Assembly (NCBI GenBank): GCA_963797555.1
Contig: CAWCPV010000003.1
Coordinates: 928,001-992,000, forward strand
Direction of reading: 5' to 3'
Length of the DNA stretch: 64,000 nt
DNA from: an uncultured Gammaproteobacteria bacterium
GTDB lineage: Bacteria > Pseudomonadota > Gammaproteobacteria > CAWCPV01
Positions 51,889 through 61,957 of the stretch are shown here, in pieces; the first letter of the stretch is position 1; every line of letters begins with the position of its first letter. The notes under the pieces were generated by a model that saw only the letters and a list, made by a program, of their open reading frames with translations, ran no database searches and was not told the origin of the DNA. The position numbers were made by a program, and so were the translations under genes.

Positions 51889-53415
51889 GGCTCTTTCCGG
51901 AATCGTGTGGGTAGCAATGCCTATGGCGTGGGGGCGTCTGCCTGATCTCTGACACCAGGGGGTGTGTTGAACGGCGAGGCGGGCAGGTGGGCGAGATTGC
52001 CGGCGATGAGGTAGGCGATGGTGATGAGCGAGTGCGTGGTGCGGTAGCCCCGGGCGCGAGCCTTGGCGGCCTGGATGAGGGAGTTGATGCCCTCGGCGCG
52101 GCCGTTGGTGAGGCCGGAGTGGAATGCGGCGAGCACGCCGTCCCAGTGCTCTTTCAGGGTAGTGGCGAGGCGTTTCATGGGCTGCAGGCGGCTACGCCGT
52201 GCCCAGCTATACCAGCGCCCGAGGGCGCTCTCGGCCTGCTCGAGGGTGCTGGCCGTGGCGTAGATATCGCGCAGCGCCTCCTTGAGGCGCCAGGCACGGG
52301 CGGTTTTGAGGCGGCGCGGGAGAGCCAGTGGAAGTCGGTGAGCTGGTCCCAGGTCCAGTCGTGGGCGTCTTTGAGCCAGGTCCAGCGGGTGCCCCTGAGG
52401 GCGGGCTCGGTCTTGATCTCCTGGCGGCGCACCGCGTCGACCGCCTCGTTGGCGAGCTTGATCACGTGGAAGGCATCGAAGCTCACCGTAGCCTGAGGCA
52501 GATGCTTGGCCACCCCGGCGCGGTAGGCGGCGGACATGTCGATGCACACCTGCTCGATGGCCTGCGGGTCGCCGCCATGGGTACGAAGGTCGGCGGCGAA
52601 GGCCGCCACGGTGCTCTGGTCGCGGCCCTCGCAGGCGAACAGCAGGCGTTTTCCCGTGAGGTCATGGAACAGGCTGATGTAGTGCTGTCCACGCCGGGCA
52701 GCGGTCTCGTCCAGGCCCACAGCGCTCACCTGCGAGTGGTCCTCCTGAGCGCGGGCCCTGCCTACGTAGTGATCGAGCACCCCCCACAGGCGCTCATCGC
52801 CCACACCCAGGTGCCGAGCCACGGTCGCCACCGGCGGGGCCTGGCACAGCGTGACCACCAGCGCCTCCATCAGCGCCGTGAAGCCACTGTGTGCGCGCGC
52901 CCACGGCGGTTCGACCTGGGTCGTCTTGCCGCAGGCCTCGCAGCGCACTCGCGGCAGATGCGCGTGCAGGTACGCCCGTGACTTAAAGAAGCTCAGGTGC
53001 TGCCAACTGCGCTCCCGGGTGTCGTGCACCGGCTGGCCTTGCACTCCGCAGGCCGGGCAGGCAAAGCGGCTGCCCTTGGCAAACGCCACATCGAGGTCGA
53101 TGCGCCCAGCCTCGGGGTCGAACCGCACGTCGGTGACCTCCCAAGGCGCTGTCAGGCCCAGTGCCGTGGTAAACAGATGCGTGGGCTGCACGGTGCTCCC
53201 CCCCTTGGATGACGGCCTGTGGATTTGTGGACGAGCCCTGCGGAGCGGCCCGCGTCCCAAGGACCGTGTGGACAACCTCCCGGTTGCCCACACTCGCGGG
53301 CCTCTCGCCCACAACCCCACAAGCCCACAAGCCCAACCACAAGATGTTGTGATAAGCGACCGGTCAGGGCAAATGCTACTTGACTACCACGACCCACACA
53401 ATTGCCGAAAGAGCC
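51889..53415 (-). mobile_element. ISL3-family insertion sequence (1527 bp)
   Basis: 24-bp terminal IRs GGCTCTTTCCGGAATCGTGTGGGT / GGCTCTTTCGGCAATTGTGTGGGT (21/24); 8-bp target duplication CATCTCGA at 51881-51888 and 53416-53423. Confidence 0.93.
51921..53191 (-). pseudogene. ISL3 transposase, frameshifted near 52315
   Basis: CPACG zinc finger, GLDE, CIDMS, FDAFHV in one frame; LKTARAW...TNGRAEGINS..KARARGYR in another. Confidence 0.88.
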
Positions 53416-53866
53416 CATCTCGAGCCTCCTCGTCTATTGAACCACTCCGTGAACACTGAGAGTTCTGGGCAGAAGCCTGTGCCAGTCAGCTCCTACCGGC
53501 TGTCTGGCACCTTGGAACGCTCAGCCCAGTGCGCGGCCAGTTGCTGAGATCCAGATGCACACCGCTGTCCGGATCTATGAAGAAGACTGCCTACTAAGGC
53601 TTGCACCCCTGCCCTGCCCGACGCGCATAGTTGGGTGGGACCTAGCCTGCCATGCGCGCGTCGCCCGGATGGCAACGTCGCTGCGCGTCTTGTCAACTCC
53701 GCGGCCCGGCTGCGGAACCCAGTGGTACCACCTCGCGGCCACCCCCCTCCCGGTTTGGCGATACTCGAACCAGATCACGCTGGTCCCTTCGCTCCCGTTG
53801 CTGCGTCCGCCATCGAGGCCCAGGTGCCAACCCAGCGACTCGTTCAACAGGCTGTCCGGACGCTTG

Positions 53867-54691
53867 TCAGCGCACATGCGGGTACTGTCTTTTCACAATC
53901 GCGGCGAGCAGGTCGACCACCACATTTTCCAGCCATGCGTCCGTGCGCAACGGCCGGAAAAGCATCCGTTTCGCCTGTTCAAAAGGAAAATACTGCCTCA
54001 TGACCATACCGGCTGCAGAGAGAAATTGTCCGTAAGACATCGGCTCAAATGGCATCCGGCTTCTCCAGCACAAATTGAGCGGTCGAAAGGCCAGCGCGAT
54101 GTCTTCATCTCTCACCAGCTTGCTTCGACCGACGACGGTGCCCGCTTTCCGCCATAAGGAGTTGCTTGCGATCCGTTCGTGCCTGTCGAAGATGTCTCGA
54201 AAATACGCATAATGGCGCACCTCGTCGGTGCTCAGCCGCTTCATGAGAGCCTTGAGCTGCGGATCTCCGGTGTAGGAACCGATGCAGCGGTAGATCATGG
54301 TCGCCTGGGTTTCGGTAACGCATCTAGCCAATGCCTCCAATCCCGGCGAAGGGCGAAGGAGCCGGGAGTCGCAACGCGGCGCATAGTGTTCGAGAAATTC
54401 CTCGTAACCGATGACCCAGTCAAACTCCGGCCACACGCTCCTTATGTATGCCTTCGCCAGCTCCCCGTGCAAAGCCTCCTCAGGCCACCACACAGTCTCG
54501 AGCCACTCGCTGACCTGGGGATCGTCTCCGAAAAAGGGAGCCAAGTTCTCGACGTAAGTTCCTGCGGTGCTCTCCAAAAACGAAACAGCCGCTAACGCAT
54601 AGAAGGTAAAAGCGTCGGAACGTGAGCAGCAATGCTCTCCACGTCCCGCGAGCGCGACGGCACGTCGGGTTGCAGCGGCTTGTTGTGGCAT
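53867..54691 (-). CDS. Ferritin-like di-iron protein (acyl-ACP desaturase-like)
   Basis: SFLES, EEALHG, CVTE, DEVRH: E...ExxH...E...ExxH di-iron pattern. Confidence 0.8.
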   Translation of the reverse strand: MPQQAAATRRAVALAGRGEHCCSRSDAFTFYALAAVSFLESTAGTYVENLAPFFGDDPQVSEWLETVWWPEEALHGELAKAYIRSVWPEFDWVIGYEEFLEHYAPRCDSRLLRPSPGLEALARCVTETQATMIYRCIGSYTGDPQLKALMKRLSTDEVRHYAYFRDIFDRHERIASNSLWRKAGTVVGRSKLVRDEDIALAFRPLNLCWRSRMPFEPMSYGQFLSAAGMVMRQYFPFEQAKRMLFRPLRTDAWLENVVVDLLAAIVKRQYPHVR

Positions 54692-54738
54692 GGACGGTCC
54701 CTCAAGGTATGGCGGTCACTCCCGCCACAGAGCCTGAG

Positions 54739-54753
54739 TCAAAGTCGGTGCCA
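54739..54753 (-). promoter_or_regulatory. Possible sigma54 promoter for the di-iron gene
   Basis: TGGCAC-CGACT-TTGA: correct -24/-12 spacing but GA instead of GC; divergent from a sigma54 activator. Confidence 0.4.
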
Positions 54754-54952
54754 AAACGGGCGGGTGCGGCTGGACCATGGCAGGCCAACGATCTGCGTCC
54801 GGTGGTACCGTGTGGTGCTGCTGATCAATCGGCCTCGGACGGATGCAGAAAAGGGCAAACCATGCATAAAGGAGTACACTCAATGTATAGCATCTCGATG
54901 CGGTCCTTTCGGTCCGAGAGCAAATCCCCTAGCCTGCGGCAGGGTCATCGTT

Positions 54953-56503
54953 ATGGCATTCCTAAGTGATAGTGAACGTCGGCTCGCACAGACGGTTACC
55001 CGCCTCGGCTACTGCAACCCGTTTCTCCCGGAACGCATCGCATACGAACGCGAAGCACTGGGGGAGCAGTTCGTCGAGGAGGCCGCCGTGTGGAGTTTGC
55101 GTGCCGGTGTCGACGGCGAGCGGGAGAACCTGCAGCGCATTACGCAGCGGGTCGCGCCCCTCGTCGAGAAACTCTGCGGGCGGCTCAAGCGTGGGGAGCG
55201 CCCGAGCGACTCCGACCAGACGCTGTATGAAGATCTCACACTGTTTCTGCTCTACCATCGTTATCGCGAGGACTTTCAGGGTGCGATCGACCAGACGCTG
55301 AAGACGGGGTCCTCACCCCGCTTCGCGTTCTACGACCGCTTTCAGAGGGATGCGGTTGGCTACGTGGACGTTCCCGGACTGTCCATTGGGTGCAGGGACG
55401 AGCTGCCGCATCTCTTCGCGTGCTTCTACCAGCTTCGGCGGGCGTTTCATCAAATCTTCAGCTACATCGTTGGGGTATCGATGCCGGCGGCGAAGCTGCG
55501 CGCAGCGGTGTGGCAGTCGATCTTCACGCACGATATGCGCCGCCACCGCCGCATCCTTTACGATCGGATGGGCGACATCGCCACACTTATCACCGGCCAA
55601 ACCGGAACCGGTAAGGAGTTGGTGGCACGAGCCATCGGTCTGTCGCGCTATATCCCCTTTGATCCTCGCAGCTCCAGCTTCACGGACGATTTCCGTGAAT
55701 CATTCCACGCGTTGAACCTCTCGGCTCTATCGCCCACTCTCATAGAATCCGAGCTGTTCGGCCACCGCCGCGGTGCGTTTACTGGCGCCCATGCCGATCG
55801 GCTTGGGTGGTTCGAGGTTTGCCGGCCGCTGGGCACGGTGTTCCTCGACGAAATCGGGGAGCTGGATGCGTCCATCCAGGTCAAACTGCTGCGCCTGCTC
55901 CAGACGCGCACCTTTCAGCGCCTGGGCGACACCCGGACTCAACGCTTTTACGGCAAAGTGGTCGCGGCGACGAATCGGGACCTTGGTGCAGACATGGACT
56001 CGGGCCGCTTTCGCCGCGATCTCTATTATCGCCTCTGCTCGGACATGATCTTGACGCCGGCACTTGCCGAGCAGGTAAGGGATGCGCCTGATGAGCTGCG
56101 CAACCTGGTCTTATTTATCGCTCGGCGTCTGGTAGGTGATGAGGCAGAAGCGCTCACCGGGGAGGTCGTCGCCTGGATTGAGCAGCACTTGGGGCTCGAT
56201 TATGGCTGGCCAGGAAACATACGCGAGTTGGAGCAGTGCGTATGTAACATAATGATCCGCAGAGAGTATCGACCCCAGGTGAGGGTGGGCAGCGCGCCCC
56301 GCGAAGTGGATTCGCTCATGCCCCTGTTCCGCTCGATGCGGTCAGGCGAGCTGACAGCGGAGGAGGCATTGCGGAAGTATTGCACCATCGTCTATGCGCA
56401 TACGGGTAGCTATGAGGCGGCGGCGCGAAAACTTGGCCTGGACCGGCGCACGGTGAAAGCGAAGGTAGATGCAGAGTTGCTCGATGCGCTTCGATTGAAA
56501 TGA
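54953..56503 (+). CDS. Sigma54-dependent transcriptional activator with unrecognised N-terminal domain
   Basis: GQTGTGKE, ESELFGHRRGAFTGA, FLDEIGE, FRRDLYYRL, WPGNIREL, C-terminal HTH. Confidence 0.92.
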   Translation: MAFLSDSERRLAQTVTRLGYCNPFLPERIAYEREALGEQFVEEAAVWSLRAGVDGERENLQRITQRVAPLVEKLCGRLKRGERPSDSDQTLYEDLTLFLLYHRYREDFQGAIDQTLKTGSSPRFAFYDRFQRDAVGYVDVPGLSIGCRDELPHLFACFYQLRRAFHQIFSYIVGVSMPAAKLRAAVWQSIFTHDMRRHRRILYDRMGDIATLITGQTGTGKELVARAIGLSRYIPFDPRSSSFTDDFRESFHALNLSALSPTLIESELFGHRRGAFTGAHADRLGWFEVCRPLGTVFLDEIGELDASIQVKLLRLLQTRTFQRLGDTRTQRFYGKVVAATNRDLGADMDSGRFRRDLYYRLCSDMILTPALAEQVRDAPDELRNLVLFIARRLVGDEAEALTGEVVAWIEQHLGLDYGWPGNIRELEQCVCNIMIRREYRPQVRVGSAPREVDSLMPLFRSMRSGELTAEEALRKYCTIVYAHTGSYEAAARKLGLDRRTVKAKVDAELLDALRLK

Positions 56504-56782
56504 CATGCGGTTGGACGGCTCCCCCGAAGACCCTTCCGATGCCTCCACTCGGGAGCTGTTGAGGAACGAAAGTGTGGCAACGCACTGGAGCGAAACCAGG
56601 GTTATAAGACCTATCCCGGGGACCGTCTGACGATCACCGGCGCTGGGCGCAAGAATGGCTTCTGGCACTAGGACGCTCACCTGAAGGTCCGAATCCGGGC
56701 TTCCACCCCCCGTGGGCAGGAGAGAACTCCGCCTCCACCGTGCCACCGGAGTGTGGAAGCCCCTCCCGCAAGGACGTTATGA

Positions 56783-57842
56783 TCAGCGCACGAGCCTATT
56801 CCAGAGGTCCCCGATCGCCAGCCCCACCCCTGTGCCGACGGTTGGAGCCGCTCGCGCCGATTGTTCCTCCGTCGATGCGTGCTGCGTGCTCGCCGCCGTG
56901 TCGCTGATCTTTACCCACTGATCCACCTCTGCGAAGTCATCCTCGAAGATTGCAGGTGCGTGAGACTCCGTGATGAGCGACCTGTCTCGTCTGACCAGCA
57001 CCGCATCGTGAGTCGCGACATCAGTGAAACGCAGGAAGTAGCCATTATCGAGGCAGGTGGCCGATGCGGTGCCACCAGAGGTTACCCCACTCACCGTCAG
57101 GAAGATCGCCTGGGTACAACTGGAGCCGTTGATGGTCATGGTTCCGGTGGCTGAAATGTTGGGTTGCTCCGTATCCACGATGGATCCATCCGGATACTGA
57201 ACGCTCGATCTCACCAGCCGGTAGGTGCCCGTGAAGGGTCGACACGACACTGGACGGCTGAATCAGCTGAATCTCGAACCCCTGCTTGGCAGGTCGCCAT
57301 TGCAGCAGGAGGTCGCGGTTCACTCCCTCTGCCTGCATGCCCTGAAGCAGGACCGAATTGCCGTCGATGATGCTCGACTGACCCGGCAGCAGGTCTACCT
57401 CAGACGGATCTGACAAAAACGGGCTATTGAACCTCACGACCTCGAAGCTCGCCGAGGCTTCGTTGAAGTCCCCTGAAACATTGAAGGCCGTCACCGTCAT
57501 CGTGTGCTGGCCGGCTGCCAGCTCGCTGAAGTTGAAGGCCATCGAGAAGCCCGACTCTGCGGCATTGGGGAAGCCGGGAAACGCTGCAGCAACGTCAGGA
57601 CGCAGGCCGCCCACCGGAACCTTCGAGACGAAAGTGCCGTCCACCAGTAGGTCAACGTGGTCGATGATGGCAGGTGCTACCACCCAGCCTCTCACATTTG
57701 CGATGCCCGAACGCACCTCACCCGACATCGGTTCCTCGAGGTGCAGCAAGATGCCGGTGTCCAACGCCGGCCAGGCGCACAATGGCCTGACAAGCAATCC
57801 AAAGTAAAGAGCGACAATTCCATACTTCCTAGTCGTATTCAT
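56783..57842 (-). pseudogene. Secreted Ig-like plus beta-rich protein, split by a frameshift near 57245
   Basis: Signal peptide, LEEP...VRGW...RPDVAAAFP...GF domain in 57045-57842; plausible coding continues in the 56783-57250 frame (FTGTYRLVRS...). Confidence 0.55.
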
Positions 57843-58299
57843 GGGCTCGTCTCCGGGATTCCATTGGCTTCTCTTCGATTGCGCATCCGGCGTCGTATCG
57901 GGCTGTAATCACGTTCTCTCGCATGGATGGCTCCTCGGGTGTGACGGTCGTTGCCGCCGCCAGATCCAAGTCAAGTTCGATGCCAACGCCCGCGCTGAGG
58001 GCCAAGAGGGTGGCACGCGAAGGATCTGCGACGGAGCGTGCTGTTTGGCGCCGCTGATAGACCGACCTCCAACCGACGCGGAATCGGACAACCGATGCAC
58101 GACTTTGTACGCTGGATGTACAGGTTTCGATGCACTGCAAGCAAATGGACGAAGCCGCCAGCCTCACCCGCTAGGGTGGCAGCCGTGGCGTTTCTGAGTA
58201 GCGCTCGAACCCGGTTCGCGCTGACGGTCGCCCCCCAAGCGCAACCCGTTCTTCCGCGAGCGCCTCGACTACGAAGCCCCGTATGGAGCGCGCGGCTCG

Positions 58300-58820
58300 T
58301 CGAACAGACTGCCGTGTGCCTTCCGTGCCGCGTTGCCTTCAGCCTCGCCCATCCCGGTGCTTCGTCTTGCCCAGATCAAGGCTTGGCGACCGCTCGGCAG
58401 CGTGGTTTCACCGAGGCCGGAGCCGACAGTCGGGCGCGCTCCTTCACGTCAAGCTGCTGCGTCTGCTTCAGACATACCCTTTCCGCGCCTAGGCGACTGA
58501 AACCCCAGAAACCTTCGCGGCAAGCTGGCCACGGCGGAAAACCTTGTCGCGAACAGGGGCCCGCGAGGCTTGCCCCCTTGATCCCAGTTACCGACTCTGC
58601 CGAGAGATGGTCGGGACGTTGTTGCTCGCGAAACGACCGAGAGATTCGACGGACGAGCTGCTGAAGCTGGTCGTATGCGGCTACCGAGCAGGTCGCGGGC
58701 GACTAAGCCGAAGCCCTTGTTGGGAAGCTCGTCAGTTGGGTGAAGGCGTGCTTGAAGCTGGATTTAGAGCCGCGCGCGAAACTTACGCGAGCCGGACCGG
58801 CGCGCAGTACGTGTAGGGAT
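58300..58820 (+). pseudogene. Highly decayed paralogue of the sigma54 activator
   Basis: GFTEAGADSR, HVKLLRLLQTYPF..LGD, SYRLCREM, DELLKLV..D*AEAL collinear with AFTGAHADRL, QVKLLRLLQTRTF.RLGD, YYRLCSDM, DELRNLV..DEAEAL of 54953-56503. Confidence 0.7.
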
Positions 58821-59180
58821 GGACACAGAGCATGGACCGCTGATAAGCGCGAGCGGCTTACCGTCTGGAGTCTGAAATGGGTTTCGTCAAGTCCGGTGCG
58901 GTCGGGCGATTTAACAGCACAGTAGCCATGGCGTAAGTTCTGAATCATCGTCTATGCGCAGACGAGCAGCTCCGATGCGGCGGCGCGCGAGATTCGCCGG
59001 ATCCCGGCAGATCTCAGACCGAGGCAGATGCCAAGCGTTTGGACGCGTCCCAACGCGAATTGTGGGACGAACCTATCATCAGACGGACCCGGGAGGCTTT
59101 AGGCGCCAAAGGTACCTCCGGCGGACTCCGACGGTCCCAGGGTACCTGAGGCCCGCCGACCAGCGGCTCCGCAACGGTCC

Positions 59181-59336
59181 TTAGCCAATGGCCTTCACCG
59201 TACACTGTAGGATCACGATCCCGAATTCGCGGACCTTTCCGATGGCGTCCTCGTAACCGGTGGCCGATACGACAAAGTCGATGGGGAACGGTACGTGCTG
59301 TGTTCCCGCATATCCCAGACCACAGACCTGATACAT
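59181..59336 (-). CDS. 51-aa small protein not in the ORF track
   Basis: MYQVCGLGYAGTQHVPFPIDFVVSATGYEDAIGKVREFGIVILQCTVKAIG*; GGAGG SD and sigma54-type promoter upstream. Confidence 0.6.
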   Translation of the reverse strand: MYQVCGLGYAGTQHVPFPIDFVVSATGYEDAIGKVREFGIVILQCTVKAIG

Positions 59337-59374
59337 GGCGTTTCCCTCCGCGCCGTCGTCCTACCCATATTGAA

Positions 59375-59389
59375 GCAGGTTTCGTGCCA
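59375..59389 (-). promoter_or_regulatory. Sigma54 (-24/-12) promoter
   Basis: TGGCACG-AAAC-CTGC with canonical spacing, ~40 nt upstream of the 51-aa ORF. Confidence 0.65.
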
Positions 59390-59428
59390 CTCCTCGGGCG
59401 GCGACCTGCGTTGGCAAATTCTGACGGT

Positions 59429-60058
59429 GCAGCCCCGACGCCGGTGGTTCAAGCCGTGGCGCCGGCCTCACACGCCGTGCGCCCGACTCAGGCGCCGCCA
59501 GCCGCGCCGCCGGCATCCGCAGCGGCGCGCGCGCCGGTGGACGAGAAAAAGCCGGAAGGAATCGGGCACCGCGCGCCCGCGACCTCCGACCGGCCAGAGC
59601 CGGCGCAAGCAGATCTCCCGGAGCCGGAGGCAGCCGATGCTTCGGACACTCCGGAGCCCGCGGAGGAGCCAGAGCCTACCGTGCCGCCCCAAGCCCCGGC
59701 ATTCGTGCCGCCTGCGCCCCCCGCACCGGCTCCCAAGGCCGCGTTCCCCGCCAGGCCGCCCAAGGAGGCCGCCCCCGCCGCCGCGCCCCAAACCGTGCGC
59801 GCGCCTCCGGCAGCGGCCCCGCTGCTCACCGCACCGCTCATGGAGCAGCTCCCCGAGGCCGTGCGTCAGTCGCTGCCCGCCATCCGAGTCGACGCCCTTC
59901 TCTATGCCGAGCGCCCCGCGGAGCGGATGGTGTTCATCGATGGCCGGCGCTACCGAGAGGGAGACACCGTATCCGAGGGGCTGCGCATCGAGGAGATCAG
60001 ACGCGACGGGGTCATCCTCAGCTATAAAGGGTGAGCGCTTCATGGTGCATTCCTGAAC
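59429..60058 (+). pseudogene. exeB: 5'-truncated, frameshifted second copy of exeB
   Basis: Lacks N-terminus and TM; TATAAAGGGTGA versus TATAAGGGTGAG creates a premature stop at 60034. Confidence 0.9.
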
Positions 60059-60091
60059 GATGCCGCCGCGCTCCCTCCCTCAGCGGGCCGG

Positions 60092-60541
60092 TCAGGGCCG
60101 GACGATCCCCTCGCGCAGTTGCTCTCGCCTGATGACTCGGGCAAGTGCCGCCAGCTCCTCCGCCAACAGGTCGAGCAGGTCGTCCACGGTCACCAGCCCC
60201 ACCAGAGATCCGGCGTCGTCCACTACCGGCACCCGCCGCACGCCGCGCGAGCGCATGCGCGCCAGGGTGTCCCAGATGTCGTCCTCCTCGCGGGCGGTGA
60301 GCAGATCGAAGGTCATGGCATCTCCCACGGTCACCGCATCCAGCAAGACCTCTTTCGCGATGATCTCCACCACGATGTCCCGGTCGGTAACGATGCCGAC
60401 CGGTACCCGTTCCTCATCCTGCCCTTCCACGACCACGAGTGTGCCTACGTGGTGCTGGCGCAGCAGTTGTGCTGCCTCCACAATCGTGGTCCCCCGATGG
60501 CATACCACGACTTCGCGATTGCAGATGTCACCAACGGCCAT
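60092..60541 (-). CDS. CBS-domain pair protein
   Basis: VGDIC.REVV, PVGIVTDRDIV, GVRRVPVVD..G.LVGLVTVDD. Confidence 0.92.
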   Translation of the reverse strand: MAVGDICNREVVVCHRGTTIVEAAQLLRQHHVGTLVVVEGQDEERVPVGIVTDRDIVVEIIAKEVLLDAVTVGDAMTFDLLTAREEDDIWDTLARMRSRGVRRVPVVDDAGSLVGLVTVDDLLDLLAEELAALARVIRREQLREGIVRP

Positions 60542-60770
60542 GACCCCTCCGGTGTGCGCGAATACGGAATCCCGAAAAGCACCGCCCTTGCGTCCGACCG
60601 CCTGGCCTGCCGGTACGCGCAAGGGCGCCTCGCCTGGCGAAAGTGTCGAGTTTACCGCCATCCGGCATGCGCCGCACGGGCGCGGCCTCGCCCCGGCATC
60701 CTCATCCGGCGGACGTGGGACGTGCCCCACCGCCTTGCGCCTGGGTGCGCGACGTGGTATTCGTGCAGCC

Positions 60771-61328
60771 ATGTTCCAGCCCCCCGTCACTCTCTACACC
60801 GCGGGCCACGGCAGCCGCAGCGCGGATGAGCTGGTCGCCCTGCTGCGTCAGGTCGGAATCGAGACCTTGGTAGACGTGCGCGCAAACCCCAGCTCCCGTC
60901 GCCACCCGCAGTTCGAGAGCGAGGCTCTGCGCACCAGCCTGGAGGAGGCGGCAATCGTCTATCACTGGGCCGGGCGACAGCTCGGCGGGCTGCGCGCTGT
61001 GGACCCGGCCTCACGCCACCTCGCCCTGCCCGCCGCCCTGCGGGGATATGGGGACCACATGGAGACCCCGGAGTTCCGGCGCGCAGCGGACCGGCTGGTC
61101 CATCTCGCCGGGAAGTCACGCACCGTGATCCTGTGCGCCGAGCGCCTGCCCGAGCGCTGCCACCGCTGCCTGATCGCCGATTATCTGACCGTACAAGGCA
61201 CGCGGGTGGTCCATCTGATCGACCGCGAGGTGCAGGCGGTGCATCGCGTGAGCGCCAGGCTCCATGTGGAGGCTGGAACACTGATCTACGACCTTGGATC
61301 CCAGCGGGGGCTATGCCTCGACTCGTAG
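60771..61328 (+). CDS. DUF488 family protein
   Basis: LYTAGHG, LVDVRANPSSR, LGGLR, LCAE....CHR..IAD. Confidence 0.9.
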   Translation: MFQPPVTLYTAGHGSRSADELVALLRQVGIETLVDVRANPSSRRHPQFESEALRTSLEEAAIVYHWAGRQLGGLRAVDPASRHLALPAALRGYGDHMETPEFRRAADRLVHLAGKSRTVILCAERLPERCHRCLIADYLTVQGTRVVHLIDREVQAVHRVSARLHVEAGTLIYDLGSQRGLCLDS

Positions 61329-61331
61329 CGG

Positions 61332-61853
61332 CGCCTTTTTGACCGCTCTCTGCAAGGACTTCTCGTCCAAGTGATGCCGGCGCTCCTTGTGGGAACGCGG
61401 GTCCATCGAGCGCTAGAGCGGCAGCCGCACGCACTCTGTGAACCGAAGACCGGCCCCGTACAGCAGGCTCGCCATGATGCAGATCCTCCCATCCAGCCGT
61501 GCCAGGAGCGCCCGTGTCTCCGCTTGCGTCAACACCACCGGGAGCCGGGCCGGGCGCTTCGCGCGGGTGAGATCGTCCATCCACCCGAGATCCTCTCCCA
61601 ACACCTCCCGGTACAGGAACACCAACGCCGAAAGCGCCTGGTTCTGCGTCGAGGCCGCCACCTTGCCCTCCACCGCCAGATGGCTGAGAAACCGCTCCAC
61701 CTCCTGCGCCCCCATCGAGGCGGGATGTTTGAGGCCGTGGAAACGGATGAAGCGTTTGATCCACTCCAGGTACGCGCGCTCGGTGCGGATGGCATAATGC
61801 TTCACCCGCAGCTTCTCGCGAACCTGGTCGAGCAGGCGGGGCTTGTCGGCCAT
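61332..61853 (-). pseudogene. intI: Integron integrase remnant
   Basis: LLDQVRE..R.KHY..RTE.AY, ASTQNQALSAL, RLPVVLT, LLYGAGLR, stop at 61413, then the IntI-specific insertion DPRSHKERRHHLDEKSLQRAVK; HxLR and catalytic Tyr region absent. Confidence 0.92.
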
Positions 61854-61957
61854 GACGGGGTGGTGTATAAGACGGGGCACGGAGTGGTTCGTTTGGGGGA
61901 CTACATGATAAGCCTCACAATGGATTCCGACAAGGGATAGCACGCTACATGCCACCG

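Noticed and set aside
53467-53482. Sigma54-like TGGCACAGGCTTCTGC upstream of the IS-interrupted gene
   Set aside because: GG-to-GC spacing is one base too long for a -24/-12 promoter
53589-53636. Possible degenerate attC (CCCAAC...TAGTAGGC on -)
   Set aside because: No GTT core at the 3' end and no convincing L-box pairing
56665-56710. tRNA-3'-like fragment (GAAGGTCCGAATCC...CCACC)
   Set aside because: No TTCG loop or cloverleaf; not at an island boundary
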